Assembly (NCBI GenBank): GCA_047285305.1
Contig: JBJBDL010000003.1
Location: forward strand, 896,001-960,000
Direction of reading: 5' to 3'
From: Synechococcus sp.
GTDB taxonomy: Bacteria; Cyanobacteriota; Cyanobacteriia; PCC-6307; Cyanobiaceae
Length of the DNA: 64,000 bases
Shown: piece after piece, positions 1 to 10,455 of the stretch
Layout of the letters: each line of letters starts with the position of its first letter
How positions within the stretch are numbered: position 1 is the stretch's first letter
Made by a program: the position numbers and the translations under genes
Notes under the pieces: generated by a model
Databases searched by the model: none
What the model was told of the DNA's origin: nothing
The model's input: the letters and a program-made list of their open reading frames with translations, nothing else

Positions 1-233
1 GGCATCAGAAATGCTAAGAGCTCGGTCAGTCATCGATTGGCGTTCTCGACGGCAGCAGGCTCAGGGCTTTGTGCGATCGAAAGGGGGCCTAAAGATCAAA
101 GTAGTGAGAAAACCTAGACGCCCACGGGTCAACGTCCAGGGAGCAAAAGTGCTTGCGTCAGTGTCTGGCAACACGCCCGCGCCTAAACGCCAGTGTGCTC
201 AATGGCTTGCCAAATCATGGTCGCCATGGCTAT

Positions 234-249
234 CAGTACAGGCGTACTA
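234..249. promoter_or_regulatory. LexA-type (SOS) operator, cAGTACAggCGTACTA
   Basis: AGTAC-N4-GTACT palindrome at 235-248, close to the picocyanobacterial LexA consensus TAGTACA-N2-TGTACTA, about 20 nt before the DUF3104 ATG. Confidence 0.65.
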
Positions 250-267
250 ATATTTTTGGGGCGGCTC

Positions 268-558
268 ATGTCGGTTGATCATGGTGATCTCGCGGTGAAG
301 GCGGAAGCTCCGTTTCTTCATGTCCGCCCAGGGCATTTTGTGATAGTTGCTGGAGACCGGCTCGATCAAGGGGACTGGTGGATGGGTCAGGTGCTCTTCT
401 GTGAGGGAAATGCTCGCCACCCCAGGCTTCCTTCTCTCTTTCAGGTGGCTGACGTGGATACGGGCGTCATCACATGGATCAATGCCGACGCGGTCTCGGA
501 TGTGGTCTGGTCGATGGATGGGTGGCCCGCCAGTGCGCCTGCTTCTTCAGGGCGTTGA
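268..558 (+). CDS. DUF3104 family protein
   Basis: PFLHVRPG..VIV..DWWMGQV.FCEG.AR.P..PSLFQVADVDTG.ITWINAD.V signature; ATG at 268 (MSVDH) preferred over 193. Confidence 0.8.
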   Translation: MSVDHGDLAVKAEAPFLHVRPGHFVIVAGDRLDQGDWWMGQVLFCEGNARHPRLPSLFQVADVDTGVITWINADAVSDVVWSMDGWPASAPASSGR

Positions 559-637
559 TCAAGTAGGGATGTTGATCAAGGGGTGGCGTGTATTGGCGCG
601 AATGACGTCTGCTTGACGGCTGTCCTATAAGTGATTT

Positions 638-651
638 GTAGCGGTTGCTAC
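638..651. promoter_or_regulatory. NtcA binding site (probably in a repressing position)
   Basis: tGTAgcggttgcTAC = GTA-N8-TAC, just downstream of a -10-like TATAAG (626-631) and just upstream of the riboswitch. Confidence 0.65.
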
Positions 652-655
652 GAAA

Positions 656-712
656 CGTTCACCCCCTCTTGAGGGGGCGCAGATGCTCCAAGCCATGGAA
701 CGGGGACTTGGA
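656..712 (+). ncRNA. Glutamine-II riboswitch (Downstream-peptide RNA motif)
   Basis: P1 CGTTC(656-660)/GAACG(698-702); internal hairpin CCCCCTC-TT-GAGGGGG; GGCGCAG junction; pseudoknot CCAAG/CTTGG; lies 5' of a DUF4278 gene, the typical context. Confidence 0.85.
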
Positions 713-731
713 TTTCTTCGAGGAACATCAA

Positions 732-899
732 ATGACTGCACTTCTTTATCGAGGCCACACCTACACAGCAGCTCCAGCCACTCCAAAGGCCTGCGTTGAA
801 TTGACCTACCGCCGCGAGCACTACAACACCTGCCGCCAGGAAGTCATTGGCGAGAGCCGCCGCACCCTCACCTACCGGGGCGTCACCTATATCAAGTAG
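732..899 (+). CDS. DUF4278 family small protein (55 aa)
   Basis: Three LxYR(G/R)xxY repeats (LLYRGHTY, LTYRREHY, LTYRGVTY); GAGG RBS before ATG 732. Confidence 0.85.
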   Translation: MTALLYRGHTYTAAPATPKACVELTYRREHYNTCRQEVIGESRRTLTYRGVTYIK

Positions 900-1024
900 C
901 CCGAAGCCTTTATTGGCTGCTGCCCCTGCCTTGGCAGAAGTTTTTGTTGGGCAGCCGGATGGAGGCAAGTCACGATCCAAGGGAGATCCGGGCATCCTGT
1001 GGGCGAGCCAGTCAGCATTCGCAG

Positions 1025-1177
1025 ATGGGATCGGACCTCACCGCCATCGTGATCTCCTCGGTGTTTCTTGGGGTGGGTTTTGTGATTGCCAAGTTCTTCC
1101 CCGAAGCCGCGCTGTTGGCAGCGGTGTTCTTGGTGGGGTTGGCGATTCTCAACGTCGCCCTTGTTCTTGTGGCCTAA
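1025..1177 (+). CDS. Small membrane protein (50 aa, two TM segments)
   Basis: MGSDLTAIVISSVFLGVGFVIAKFFPEAALLAAVFLVGLAILNVALVLVA, almost wholly hydrophobic. Confidence 0.6.
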   Translation: MGSDLTAIVISSVFLGVGFVIAKFFPEAALLAAVFLVGLAILNVALVLVA

Positions 1178-1182
1178 TCCCC

Positions 1183-1210
1183 AAAAAAGGGGGTGTTCCC
1201 TAGCCACCCC
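1183..1210 (-). terminator. Intrinsic terminator on the minus strand
   Basis: Minus strand reads GGGGTG-gctagggaa-CACCCC-C-TTTTTT. Confidence 0.55.
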
Positions 1211-1403
1211 AGCGCTCGACGCGTTGCCCCTTCACCGAAAGTAGCCCCCGCAGGATGGCCTGGGCTCCCGTGGCTGGTCGTCGCCATCACGACAAAACGG
1301 TTCTGCTGTGAGAGAGCCAAGAAAAAGGGGCTGTGCTCTACGGGCGCCCTCGCTGCGTTGACAGAGGCCGCACTATGAAGATGTTCACTATGAACTTTTT
1401 TTC

Positions 1404-1571
1404 ATGGCAAACGTCCGCGAGATGGTCAACACCCATCTGCCCGTCGCGCTCAAGCTGATCAACAGCGCCGCCCTGGTCGCGATCGCTCTTTCAACCCTCT
1501 GCGCTGCTGGCTCTCTGCGTGAGATGTCTGGTAGATCTGCTGCTCCAGCGGCTGTCACTGAAGTCAACTGA
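1404..1571 (+). CDS. Small single-TM protein (55 aa), absent from the ORF track
   Basis: MANVREMVNTHLPVALKLINSAALVAIALSTLCAAGSLREMSGRSAAPAAVTEVN*; host-like codon use and an AT-rich leader. Confidence 0.65.
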   Translation: MANVREMVNTHLPVALKLINSAALVAIALSTLCAAGSLREMSGRSAAPAAVTEVN

Positions 1572-1794
1572 GCTCAATGAAATGGAGCGACACCCCGTAT
1601 CGCTCCAGGAGATCTCGCCGGCCGTTACTTGATCAAATCTGGTCGAATTCCTTAAGAAATCAACATCCAACCTGTTGAAAAGATTAAGGGCGGCAACCTG
1701 ATTGATTCACCAAGTTCTCAGTGAACAGACGGGTTTCCGGCCATCGACGAAACTTTGGTCAATGCTTACGATCAAGCGGTGAGAGGAGGGTTGT

Positions 1795-1977
1795 ATGTAT
1801 CTGCTGACCATTAAGGATGGTCTTGGTACCCGTCATATCGGTCCCTACGCGTCGCCGAAGCACGCGTCGGATGATCTTGATCGGGTGTTGGAAACCTGCT
1901 CCGAGCGAGCACGGTGGCAGATTCATGCACTTGAGACCCCAGACCGCTCCCTCGAATTGCAGGCGGTTGCCTCCTGA
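1795..1977 (+). CDS. Small hypothetical protein (60 aa)
   Basis: Strong RBS GAGGAGG upstream; protein-like sequence MYLLTIKDGL..HIGPY. Confidence 0.7.
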   Translation: MYLLTIKDGLGTRHIGPYASPKHASDDLDRVLETCSERARWQIHALETPDRSLELQAVAS

Positions 1978-2010
1978 CGGGTTGTTTCGTAATGAACCGG
2001 AGCGTCCTGA

Positions 2011-2243
2011 TCAGTCCTGACGTCGCCCCGGAAAGCCTCGGATCAGCCCACTGTCGATCATGAGGCCGATGCCGGCGTTGATGCAGATCAGGCTGAGGGT
2101 TCCGTACCAGAACCAGGGACCTCCTTCATTTCCCAGCATCTGAACCACCTTGCGGCTCACTGCTTCGCCGAACAGGCAGAGGCCAACCGGGAGCAGCAGC
2201 ACCCCCAGCTGGGCCTTGATGTACCAGCGCACCGGGGAGCGGC

Positions 2244-2247
<4 letters not shown>
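2011..2247 (-). CDS. Small membrane protein
   Basis: Two hydrophobic segments; ATGA overlap with the pepA stop. Confidence 0.7.
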
Positions 2248-3713
<1,466 letters not shown>

Positions 3714-3769
3714 GGCTGGACGCGTCAACAAAGGATGAGCGTAGCGATCCTGTGCGACGCCCTCGGCCC

Positions 3770-4342
3770 TCAGAGCTCTGCGGTGAAGGGGGTGGCCCAG
3801 CGCTGGCGGGTTTCCTTGTTGAACGGCGGCCACCAGCGTTGGATCAGCTGTTGTTCCAGGGCCCGCCGGGCGCGGGTGGCCCGGGGGACATCGCAGCTGA
3901 AGCGGATGCTCAGCTGGGCGCTCAGCTCACAGCGCTGTAGGGCTTCGCCGTAGGCGGCGAGGTAGGCCTTGCAGTCGTGATCACCTTTCCAGCGGCGCTC
4001 GGCCGCCAGGGTTTCGCCCACATAAAGCAGAAGCGGCTGCTCCAGCTGGGCTGGTCTGTCCATCACCAGATAAATCGCTGCTCCGCGGTGGGAGGGTTCC
4101 GGCCAGCGCCAGAAACTCATCGCCAGGGGGGTCAGGGCCAGTGGATCGATGGCTGCCGCAGCGTCATCGGGGCTGGCACCGAACAGATCCCCCTGGGCCG
4201 TGCTGGCGCTTTCGCCGCGGAACAGCGGCGCTTGATGGGCATGCAGCCGCGCTTGCCAGGCGAGCAGCTGCTCCCGTTGCAGGGGCAGGTCGGGCCCGTT
4301 GTTGAAGGCCAGCGCACCGTTGGAGAACAGATCCCCCTGCAT
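3770..4342 (-). CDS. GIY-YIG nuclease family protein
   Basis: AIYLV...LLYVGET..RRW..H..K and LEQQLI..WPPFN motifs. Confidence 0.8.
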   Translation of the reverse strand: MQGDLFSNGALAFNNGPDLPLQREQLLAWQARLHAHQAPLFRGESASTAQGDLFGASPDDAAAAIDPLALTPLAMSFWRWPEPSHRGAAIYLVMDRPAQLEQPLLLYVGETLAAERRWKGDHDCKAYLAAYGEALQRCELSAQLSIRFSCDVPRATRARRALEQQLIQRWWPPFNKETRQRWATPFTAEL

Positions 4343-4911
4343 CAGGGCAGCGGCAGGCTGGGCCCGGCGCGGCGGCTGCCGAAACTCACCCGGCCGATCA
4401 GGGCTTCCACGCTGCTGGCTGGAAGGCAGAGCCGCTCCTGCAGATCAGCCAGATCCTTGAAACCGGCGCGGCGGCGTTCGCGCATCAAGTTGGCCAGCCG
4501 TTGTTCGGGCCAGCCCAGCAGCGCCAGCTGATCGGCGCTGGCGTTGTTGAGGTCGAGGGGAGCGGCCTGGGGCTGCGGTGGGGCATCGCCGTGCCACTGG
4601 AAGAGCAGATGGGGGGTCCAGAGCCTGACCAGATCACTCGGCAGCTCCAGCAGCCGGAACAGATCATCGGCACTGGCGAATTGCACCCCACCCCGCTGCA
4701 GCCGCACCAGCAGATCGGCTGTGTCCTGGCTGCAGCAGGGCAGTTGCAGCCACTGATCGCGGCTGGCCCGGTTCACATCCATCACCCAAGCCGGCGGCTC
4801 GGGCACGGTTGGTAAAGGTTGCGCGGGGGCCGGCCGGGGTGATGCTGGCAGCTGTCCGGTGGCCTGCAGCACCCGCCTGGCCAGGGGATCCAACCAGTGG
4901 CTGCGGGGCAT
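4342..4911 (-). CDS. Helix-hairpin-helix (ComEA-like) DNA-binding protein
   Basis: DVNRAS..QWLQLP and LDLNNASADQL repeats, F.DL.DL..RL; TGATG coupling to the GIY-YIG gene. Confidence 0.8.
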   Translation of the reverse strand: MPRSHWLDPLARRVLQATGQLPASPRPAPAQPLPTVPEPPAWVMDVNRASRDQWLQLPCCSQDTADLLVRLQRGGVQFASADDLFRLLELPSDLVRLWTPHLLFQWHGDAPPQPQAAPLDLNNASADQLALLGWPEQRLANLMRERRRAGFKDLADLQERLCLPASSVEALIGRVSFGSRRAGPSLPLP

Positions 4912-5006
4912 GCTGCTCAGCAGAGATGGGCTGACCTTAACGAGGCTGCAGGGGCTGCGTCTGCGCAACTGGCGCATCTGGTTGTTCTGGCACCGAGCGG
5001 GTCCTT

Positions 5007-5741
5007 TCAGGTCGAGGGGGTCCAGCGGGGAATCGGCAGCGGTGGATCCACCAGGTTGCGCTGAAAGGCGATCAGCACCGCCTGGGTGCGGCTTTTGGCA
5101 TCGAGTTTGCGCAGCAGCCCGGTGACGCAGTGCTTGGTGGTTTCGATCGAGAGATGCAGCTGATCGGCAATCTCCTGATTGCTGAGGCCCTTGCAGAGCC
5201 CGCGCAGCACGTCTTCTTCCCGCAGGCTCAGCACGTCGCTGAGGGGATGGGCGGCGCCTTTGGGGCCACGGTCGTGGTTGGCCACGCCGGCAATCACCGG
5301 ATCCATGTGGCTGCCATCTCTCTCCATGGCGCGCAGCACGCTGAGCAGGCCGCCGTTGCCGATGCGCTCATGGCTGCAGAGCCCTTCGCATTGCGCCTTG
5401 GCCGCGGCGTGAATCGTGCTGAGCAACGGGCGCTGAATCAACATCAGGCAGCGCAGGGAGGGCTGCTGGGCCTTGGCGGCTGCCACCAGGGAGGGGCCGG
5501 TGCCGCGCTCGAGCTGGTCGCTGCAGATCAGCAGATCAGCGGCTGTGTTGCGAAGGCAGGCGAGGGCTTCTGTTTCGGTGCTGGCGGCCCCCACCAGGGA
5601 GCCGATGCCGTTGAGGCTGTGTACCAGGCCGCTGATCAAGACGCGATCGGCGGAGGCCACCACAATGTGGCGGCCCTCCAACAGGGGCCGATGGCGCTGG
5701 GGAAGCTCACGCATCGCGCCGAGCTGAGCAGTGAAGTCCAC
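5007..5741 (-). CDS. LuxR/NarL-family response regulator with atypical receiver
   Basis: C-terminal LSLREEDVL..LCKGLSNQEIADQLHLS.ET.K.....LRKL.AKSRTQAV HTH. Confidence 0.88.
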   Translation of the reverse strand: MDFTAQLGAMRELPQRHRPLLEGRHIVVASADRVLISGLVHSLNGIGSLVGAASTETEALACLRNTAADLLICSDQLERGTGPSLVAAAKAQQPSLRCLMLIQRPLLSTIHAAAKAQCEGLCSHERIGNGGLLSVLRAMERDGSHMDPVIAGVANHDRGPKGAAHPLSDVLSLREEDVLRGLCKGLSNQEIADQLHLSIETTKHCVTGLLRKLDAKSRTQAVLIAFQRNLVDPPLPIPRWTPST

Positions 5742-5915
5742 GTCCTGGAGGCGGCCCGAAACTCACCATGAATTCGGATGCTCCCGAAGGGTGGTGCGGG
5801 TCAGCAAGACCGTACAAAACCTTTGCGTGAACGGCCATCAAAGGTGCGGCGATCACCCCCGTTGCCCCTGGCGAATCCTTGGCAGACTTTGCCGAAGCAG
5901 TGAGCAACGCCGACG

Positions 5916-6245
5916 ATGGCCTTCTTCGATTCCGACATCGTTCAGGACGAAGCCAAGCGCCTGTTCAGCGATTACCAGCAGCTGATGCAGCTGGGCAGTG
6001 AGTACGGCAAGTTCGACCGGGAGGGCAAGAAGAAGTTCATCGAGACGATGGAAGAGCTGATGGGCCGCTACCGGGTGTTCATGAAGCGCTTTGAACTCTC
6101 GGAGGATTTCCAGGCCAAGCTCACGGTGGAGCAGCTGCGCACCCAGCTCAGCCAGTTCGGCATCACCCCCGAGCAGATGTTCGATCAGATGAACTCCACC
6201 CTCGAGCGGATGAAGGCGCAGATCGAGCAGCCGCCTTCCAGTTGA
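5916..6245 (+). CDS. DUF1825 family protein
   Basis: MAFFDSDIVQDEAK..F.DYQQLMQLGS.YGKFDREGK, a cyanobacterial family signature. Confidence 0.85.
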   Translation: MAFFDSDIVQDEAKRLFSDYQQLMQLGSEYGKFDREGKKKFIETMEELMGRYRVFMKRFELSEDFQAKLTVEQLRTQLSQFGITPEQMFDQMNSTLERMKAQIEQPPSS

Positions 6246-6305
6246 AACAGCCTTAGCTGAACCAGCACTCGTACGATCGCCAGCGCTCGCTCGTTGCGCC
6301 TCCCC

Positions 6306-7553
6306 ATGCCGGACTCCATCCCGTCGTTGCCGGATTGGCTGTCGCGGGGCATGGCCGACCTCTTCCCCGCCGGGGATCCCAGTGATGCGGATCAGGCCCT
6401 GGCGGCCCGGTTGGCCCAGGCCGAAAAAGAAGGCAGGCCGCTGCGAGTGAAGCTGGGCATTGACCCCACCGGCAGCAACATCCATCTGGGCCACAGCATC
6501 CTGTTCCGCAAATTGCGGGCCTTCCAGGATGCGGGCCACACGGCTGTGCTGATCATCGGCGATTTCACGGCGCGGATCGGCGACCCCACCGGCAAGAGCG
6601 CCACGCGCGTGCAGCTCACCAAGGAGCAGGTGGCCGCCAACGCCTCTACTTATTTGCGCCAGTTGGGGCAAGACCAGCCGAAGGAGACGGCGCTGCTCGA
6701 TTTCGAAACCTCGGGCCGCCTGGAGGTGCGCTACAACTCCGAGTGGCTGGAGGGCATGGACCTGCCGGCGGTGATCGGTCTGCTCGGCACCGGCACCGTG
6801 GGCCAGATGCTGGCTAAGGACGACTTCTCCAAGCGCTACGGCAGCGGAACCCCGATCGCCCTGCATGAATTCCTTTACCCGTTGCTGCAGGGCTACGACT
6901 CGGTGGCGGTGAATGCGGATGTGGAGCTGGGCGGCACCGACCAGAAGTTCAACGTGGCCATGGGCCGCGACCTTCAGCGCCACTTCAACAAGGGCACCCA
7001 GTTCGGCCTGCTGCTGCCGATTCTGGTGGGTCTGGACGGGGTGCAGAAGATGAGCAAGAGCCTCGGCAACGTGGTGGGGCTGGAGGAGGATCCGCTCTCG
7101 ATGTACTCCAAGCTGGAGAAAGTCGGCGATGCGGCGATCGACGACTACGTCACGTTGCTGACCGACCTGGATCTGGCGTCGTTGCCGGAGAACCCCCGCG
7201 AGAAGCAGAAGGCGATGGCCCTGGCGGTGACCGCCAGCCGCCACGGCATCGAAGCCGCCCAGAAGGCCCAGAGCGATGCCGCCACGCTGGTGGGAGGCAG
7301 CGGTGATGCCGGCGCCGATGTTCCCGAGGCGTCTCTGGCGGAGGTGAATTTCCCGGCCAAGGCCTTTTATCTGTTCAGTGCCGTGGGGATCTGCGCCAGC
7401 AGCAGCGAGGCCCGCCGCCAGATCAAGGGTGGTGCGGCGCGGCTGGAGGGGGAGAAGATCACCGACCCCAACCAGGAGTTCGCCTCAGCGGCGGAGCTTG
7501 AGGGCAAGGTGCTGCAATTGGGCAAGAAGACCTTCCGTCGTTTGGTGGGCTGA
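6306..7553 (+). CDS. tyrS: Tyrosine--tRNA ligase
   Basis: [30 protein letters not shown] and a C-terminal S4 domain. Confidence 0.97.
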   Translation: MPDSIPSLPDWLSRGMADLFPAGDPSDADQALAARLAQAEKEGRPLRVKLGIDPTGSNIHLGHSILFRKLRAFQDAGHTAVLIIGDFTARIGDPTGKSATRVQLTKEQVAANASTYLRQLGQDQPKETALLDFETSGRLEVRYNSEWLEGMDLPAVIGLLGTGTVGQMLAKDDFSKRYGSGTPIALHEFLYPLLQGYDSVAVNADVELGGTDQKFNVAMGRDLQRHFNKGTQFGLLLPILVGLDGVQKMSKSLGNVVGLEEDPLSMYSKLEKVGDAAIDDYVTLLTDLDLASLPENPREKQKAMALAVTASRHGIEAAQKAQSDAATLVGGSGDAGADVPEASLAEVNFPAKAFYLFSAVGICASSSEARRQIKGGAARLEGEKITDPNQEFASAAELEGKVLQLGKKTFRRLVG

Positions 7554-8281
7554 TGACCTTGCATCCCGCTGACCCCTCCGATCGGATCATCGTTGCCCTC
7601 GATGGCATGGCGCCCGAGCAGGCGCTGGCCTTTGCCGGCCAGGTGGACGGGCTGCGCTGGGTGAAGGTGGGCCTGGAGCTGTTTGTGCAGGCGGGCCCGG
7701 AGGTGGTGGCCCAGCTGCGGGAGCAGGGGCTGCGGGTGTTCCTCGATCTCAAATTTCACGACATCCCGGCCACGATGGCGGGTGCTTGCCGGCGGGCGGC
7801 GGCGCTGGGGGCCGAGCTGATCACGGTGCATGCCTGCGCCGGCAGCGAAGCACTCAAGGCAGCCCAGGCCGGGGCAGAGGAAGGAGCTCAAGGTGCTGGT
7901 CAACCTGCCCCCACGCTGTTAGCGGTGACGGTTCTTACCAGCTGGGAGGAGCAACGGCTGCAACGGGAACTCTCCATTGCCCAGGGCATCGCCGAACGGG
8001 TGCCGGCGTTGGCGCAGCTGTCGGCGACTGCTGGCATCGGTGGGTGTGTGTGTTCACCACTGGAGGCCGCGGCATTGCGGGCGCAGCACCCCGAAACGTT
8101 TGCATTGGTCACCCCAGGTATTCGCCCCAAAGGTGCTGCCGTGGGTGATCAGGCCCGGGTGATGGGGCCTGCGGAGGCGATTGCAGCAGGAGCCAGTCAG
8201 CTGGTGATCGGCCGGCCGATCACCAAGGCTGAAGATCCCAGTGCGGCATTTGCCGCCTGTTGTGCAGAGCTCATTGGCTGA
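7553..8281 (+). CDS. pyrF: Orotidine-5'-phosphate decarboxylase
   Basis: [34 protein letters not shown]. Confidence 0.97.
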   Translation: MTLHPADPSDRIIVALDGMAPEQALAFAGQVDGLRWVKVGLELFVQAGPEVVAQLREQGLRVFLDLKFHDIPATMAGACRRAAALGAELITVHACAGSEALKAAQAGAEEGAQGAGQPAPTLLAVTVLTSWEEQRLQRELSIAQGIAERVPALAQLSATAGIGGCVCSPLEAAALRAQHPETFALVTPGIRPKGAAVGDQARVMGPAEAIAAGASQLVIGRPITKAEDPSAAFAACCAELIG

Positions 8282-8300
8282 TCGCTGCCGGCGGCAATGC

Positions 8301-8906
8301 TCAAGACTTCTGCCCGATCTTGGGTTCGGTGCCCACCAGCAGCCGCTCGATGTTGCTGCGATGCCGCCAGAGCACCATCAGGCTGGCCACCAACGACACC
8401 ACCACGTAGGCGCTGCTGCCGCCGGAGAGCAGCATCAACAGCGGTAATCCGATGGCGGCCACCACGCTGGAGAGCGACACGATCCGGAAGATCGAGATCA
8501 CGGCCATGAACAGGCCAAAGCAGGCCAGCCCTACCGGCCAGGCCAATCCCAAAAACATGCCCAGGCCGGTGGCCACAGCCTTGCCGCCCTTCCAGCCCAG
8601 CCACACCGGCCAGATGTGACCCGCCAACGCCGCCAGGCCCGCCAGCACCTGCAGCCAGTCGCTGAGGCCAACGCTCTTCGCCAGCAGCACCGCCAGGGCG
8701 CCTTTGCCCACATCGATCAGGAACACCACCAGGGCTGGGCCCTTGCCCACGTTGCGCAGCACGTTGGTGGCTCCGGTGCTGCCGGAGCCGCAGTCGCGCA
8801 GGTCGATGCCCTTGAGCCAGCGGCCGGCGAGGTAACCGCTGGGGATGGCTCCCAGCAGGTAGCCGATGGCCAGGAGCAGCAGGGCAGTGAGGGCTGTTTG
8901 AGTCAC
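8301..8906 (-). CDS. plsY: Glycerol-3-phosphate 1-O-acyltransferase
   Basis: YLLGAIP, GSGSTGATN.LR, GHIWP, KGGKAVAT, HRSNI.RL. Confidence 0.96.
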   Translation of the reverse strand: MTQTALTALLLLAIGYLLGAIPSGYLAGRWLKGIDLRDCGSGSTGATNVLRNVGKGPALVVFLIDVGKGALAVLLAKSVGLSDWLQVLAGLAALAGHIWPVWLGWKGGKAVATGLGMFLGLAWPVGLACFGLFMAVISIFRIVSLSSVVAAIGLPLLMLLSGGSSAYVVVSLVASLMVLWRHRSNIERLLVGTEPKIGQKS

Positions 8907-9922
8907 AGCAGATCGTCGTCGTCGAGGCGTTCACCTGGTCCGGCCGCGAAGGCCAGCCAGAGGGGGAACTGAAGCACAGGGATGTCGACGCTGCGCTCGG
9001 CGGCATCGATCAGGATCAAGGGCACTTCCCCACGCTCCTCCAGCCGGTCGGCCCGCTCCACCAGGGCTTCCGGGCGTTCGAACAGCACGATGCCGCTGCT
9101 GGGGCCGAAGTCTTCCCGGCCCAGGCCGAGGGCATCCTGCAGGCCGCGCCGCCATTCGCCGAGCCGTTCGGGCCCGCCGGCCAGTACCAGGCACTGGAAC
9201 TGATCGCCGTACAGCTCGCCGATCACCGCGATCAGGGCCGCGCTCGCCAGGATGTTGCGCGGCCGGGTGCCGCGGCTGGGCTGGGCTCCGCGTCCACCCT
9301 GATTGAAGAACCAGTCCTCCAGCAGAGCCGTGTCACGGGCATCGATGCTGCGCCGCAGGTTCCAGGGGTCGGCGTAGACGTCGGGTTGTTTGAGGAAGCG
9401 CTCCAGGGTCTGGCGGATCAGCTCTTCGTCCGGGCGGAAGGTGTCGGCCACCGCGGGAGGCGGTGCGCTCTCTCCGGGCTGGTCCGGCACCGCTGCGTTG
9501 TCTTCCGCCTGATCGAGGGGGGAGGGCTGCACCACCATCGGCTGCACCACCAGCTCCAGGTTTTCCACGCTCTGCACCAGGTCCTGCAGGGCGCCGCCCA
9601 GGTACTCCTGGAAGCCCTTCACGCGGCGGGCGATGGCGTCGGACTGGCCCGCGAAGTTGGCCTTCAGTTCGGTCTCGAGTTGCTGCTTGCGGGAGCTGAG
9701 GGCGGTGATCTCCGCTTCCAGTGCATCGCGGCGTTCCTGCAGATCTTTCAGTGCCAGCTCCATCACGGGATTGGCTTCTGCGGCGGCGGGCTCGGTGCTG
9801 GTGGTGTTGGCGGGTTCTGCGCTGGTGTCGCCGCTGGTTTCCGCCGAGGGCTGCTCCGGTTCAGGCGCCTTGGGGGTCAGGTCGGTGTCGTCGGGCATTG
9901 CGTCAGCTGCCGTGCTCTCCAT
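8903..9922 (-). CDS. DUF3086 family coiled-coil protein
   Basis: AIARRVKGFQEYL.GALQDL, WFFNQGGRGA; the usual neighbour of plsY in cyanobacteria. Confidence 0.82.
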   Translation of the reverse strand: MESTAADAMPDDTDLTPKAPEPEQPSAETSGDTSAEPANTTSTEPAAAEANPVMELALKDLQERRDALEAEITALSSRKQQLETELKANFAGQSDAIARRVKGFQEYLGGALQDLVQSVENLELVVQPMVVQPSPLDQAEDNAAVPDQPGESAPPPAVADTFRPDEELIRQTLERFLKQPDVYADPWNLRRSIDARDTALLEDWFFNQGGRGAQPSRGTRPRNILASAALIAVIGELYGDQFQCLVLAGGPERLGEWRRGLQDALGLGREDFGPSSGIVLFERPEALVERADRLEERGEVPLILIDAAERSVDIPVLQFPLWLAFAAGPGERLDDDDLL

Positions 9923-10029
9923 CCCTCCATTCCAGCCGACCAGACCGCAGAAAAACAGGTGGCATCACAACTGCGACAAGGGCGCACAAGATTGCATGGA
10001 TGTCTACACGAAATCGTGTCGAAATCGTG

Positions 10030-10455
10030 CTATTCCTCGCTTTTGCTCGTGCTGTCTTCCGGGTCGCCGTTCGGCACTTCCAGTGCTCCCACCCGCAGTT
10101 CCAGCTGTTCCCGTAGCTCCTTGGGGCTGAACAGGATCGGCAGGAAGTGAATGCTCTGGGTTTCGCGGAAATAAAACAGGCCCGGCAGCCAGGGGGCGAA
10201 CAGTCGCCAGCTCAGCCATTGGTCGTAGGGGAAACGCCGCAGTTCGCGGCTGTTTTGCCACACGATCAGAGCGTCTTCCTTGAATTCCAAGCGAAGGCTG
10301 GCGCTCTGGATCAGCAGAAACAGGCCGAACAGCACCACCACCAAGGTGGGCCAGGGCGAAAGCGGCAGGGGCAGCAGTGCCAGGCCAAGGGCCACCACCA
10401 GCAAAGGCAGCCGCACGTCCGGCTTGAGGGTTACGGGGGTGGGGGTTGAACTCAT
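10030..10455 (-). CDS. DUF3119 family membrane protein
   Basis: LRRFPY..W..WRLF...L.YFRE..SIHFLPILF; ATG 10455 overlaps the mlaE stop. Confidence 0.82.
   Translation of the reverse strand: MSSTPTPVTLKPDVRLPLLVVALGLALLPLPLSPWPTLVVVLFGLFLLIQSASLRLEFKEDALIVWQNSRELRRFPYDQWLSWRLFAPWLPGLFYFRETQSIHFLPILFSPKELREQLELRVGALEVPNGDPEDSTSKSEE

Noticed and set aside
10005..10029. CGAAATCGTG direct repeat / ACACGA-aa-TCGTGT palindrome upstream of DUF3086
   Set aside because: Short, matches no operator I can name, and could be a local duplication.
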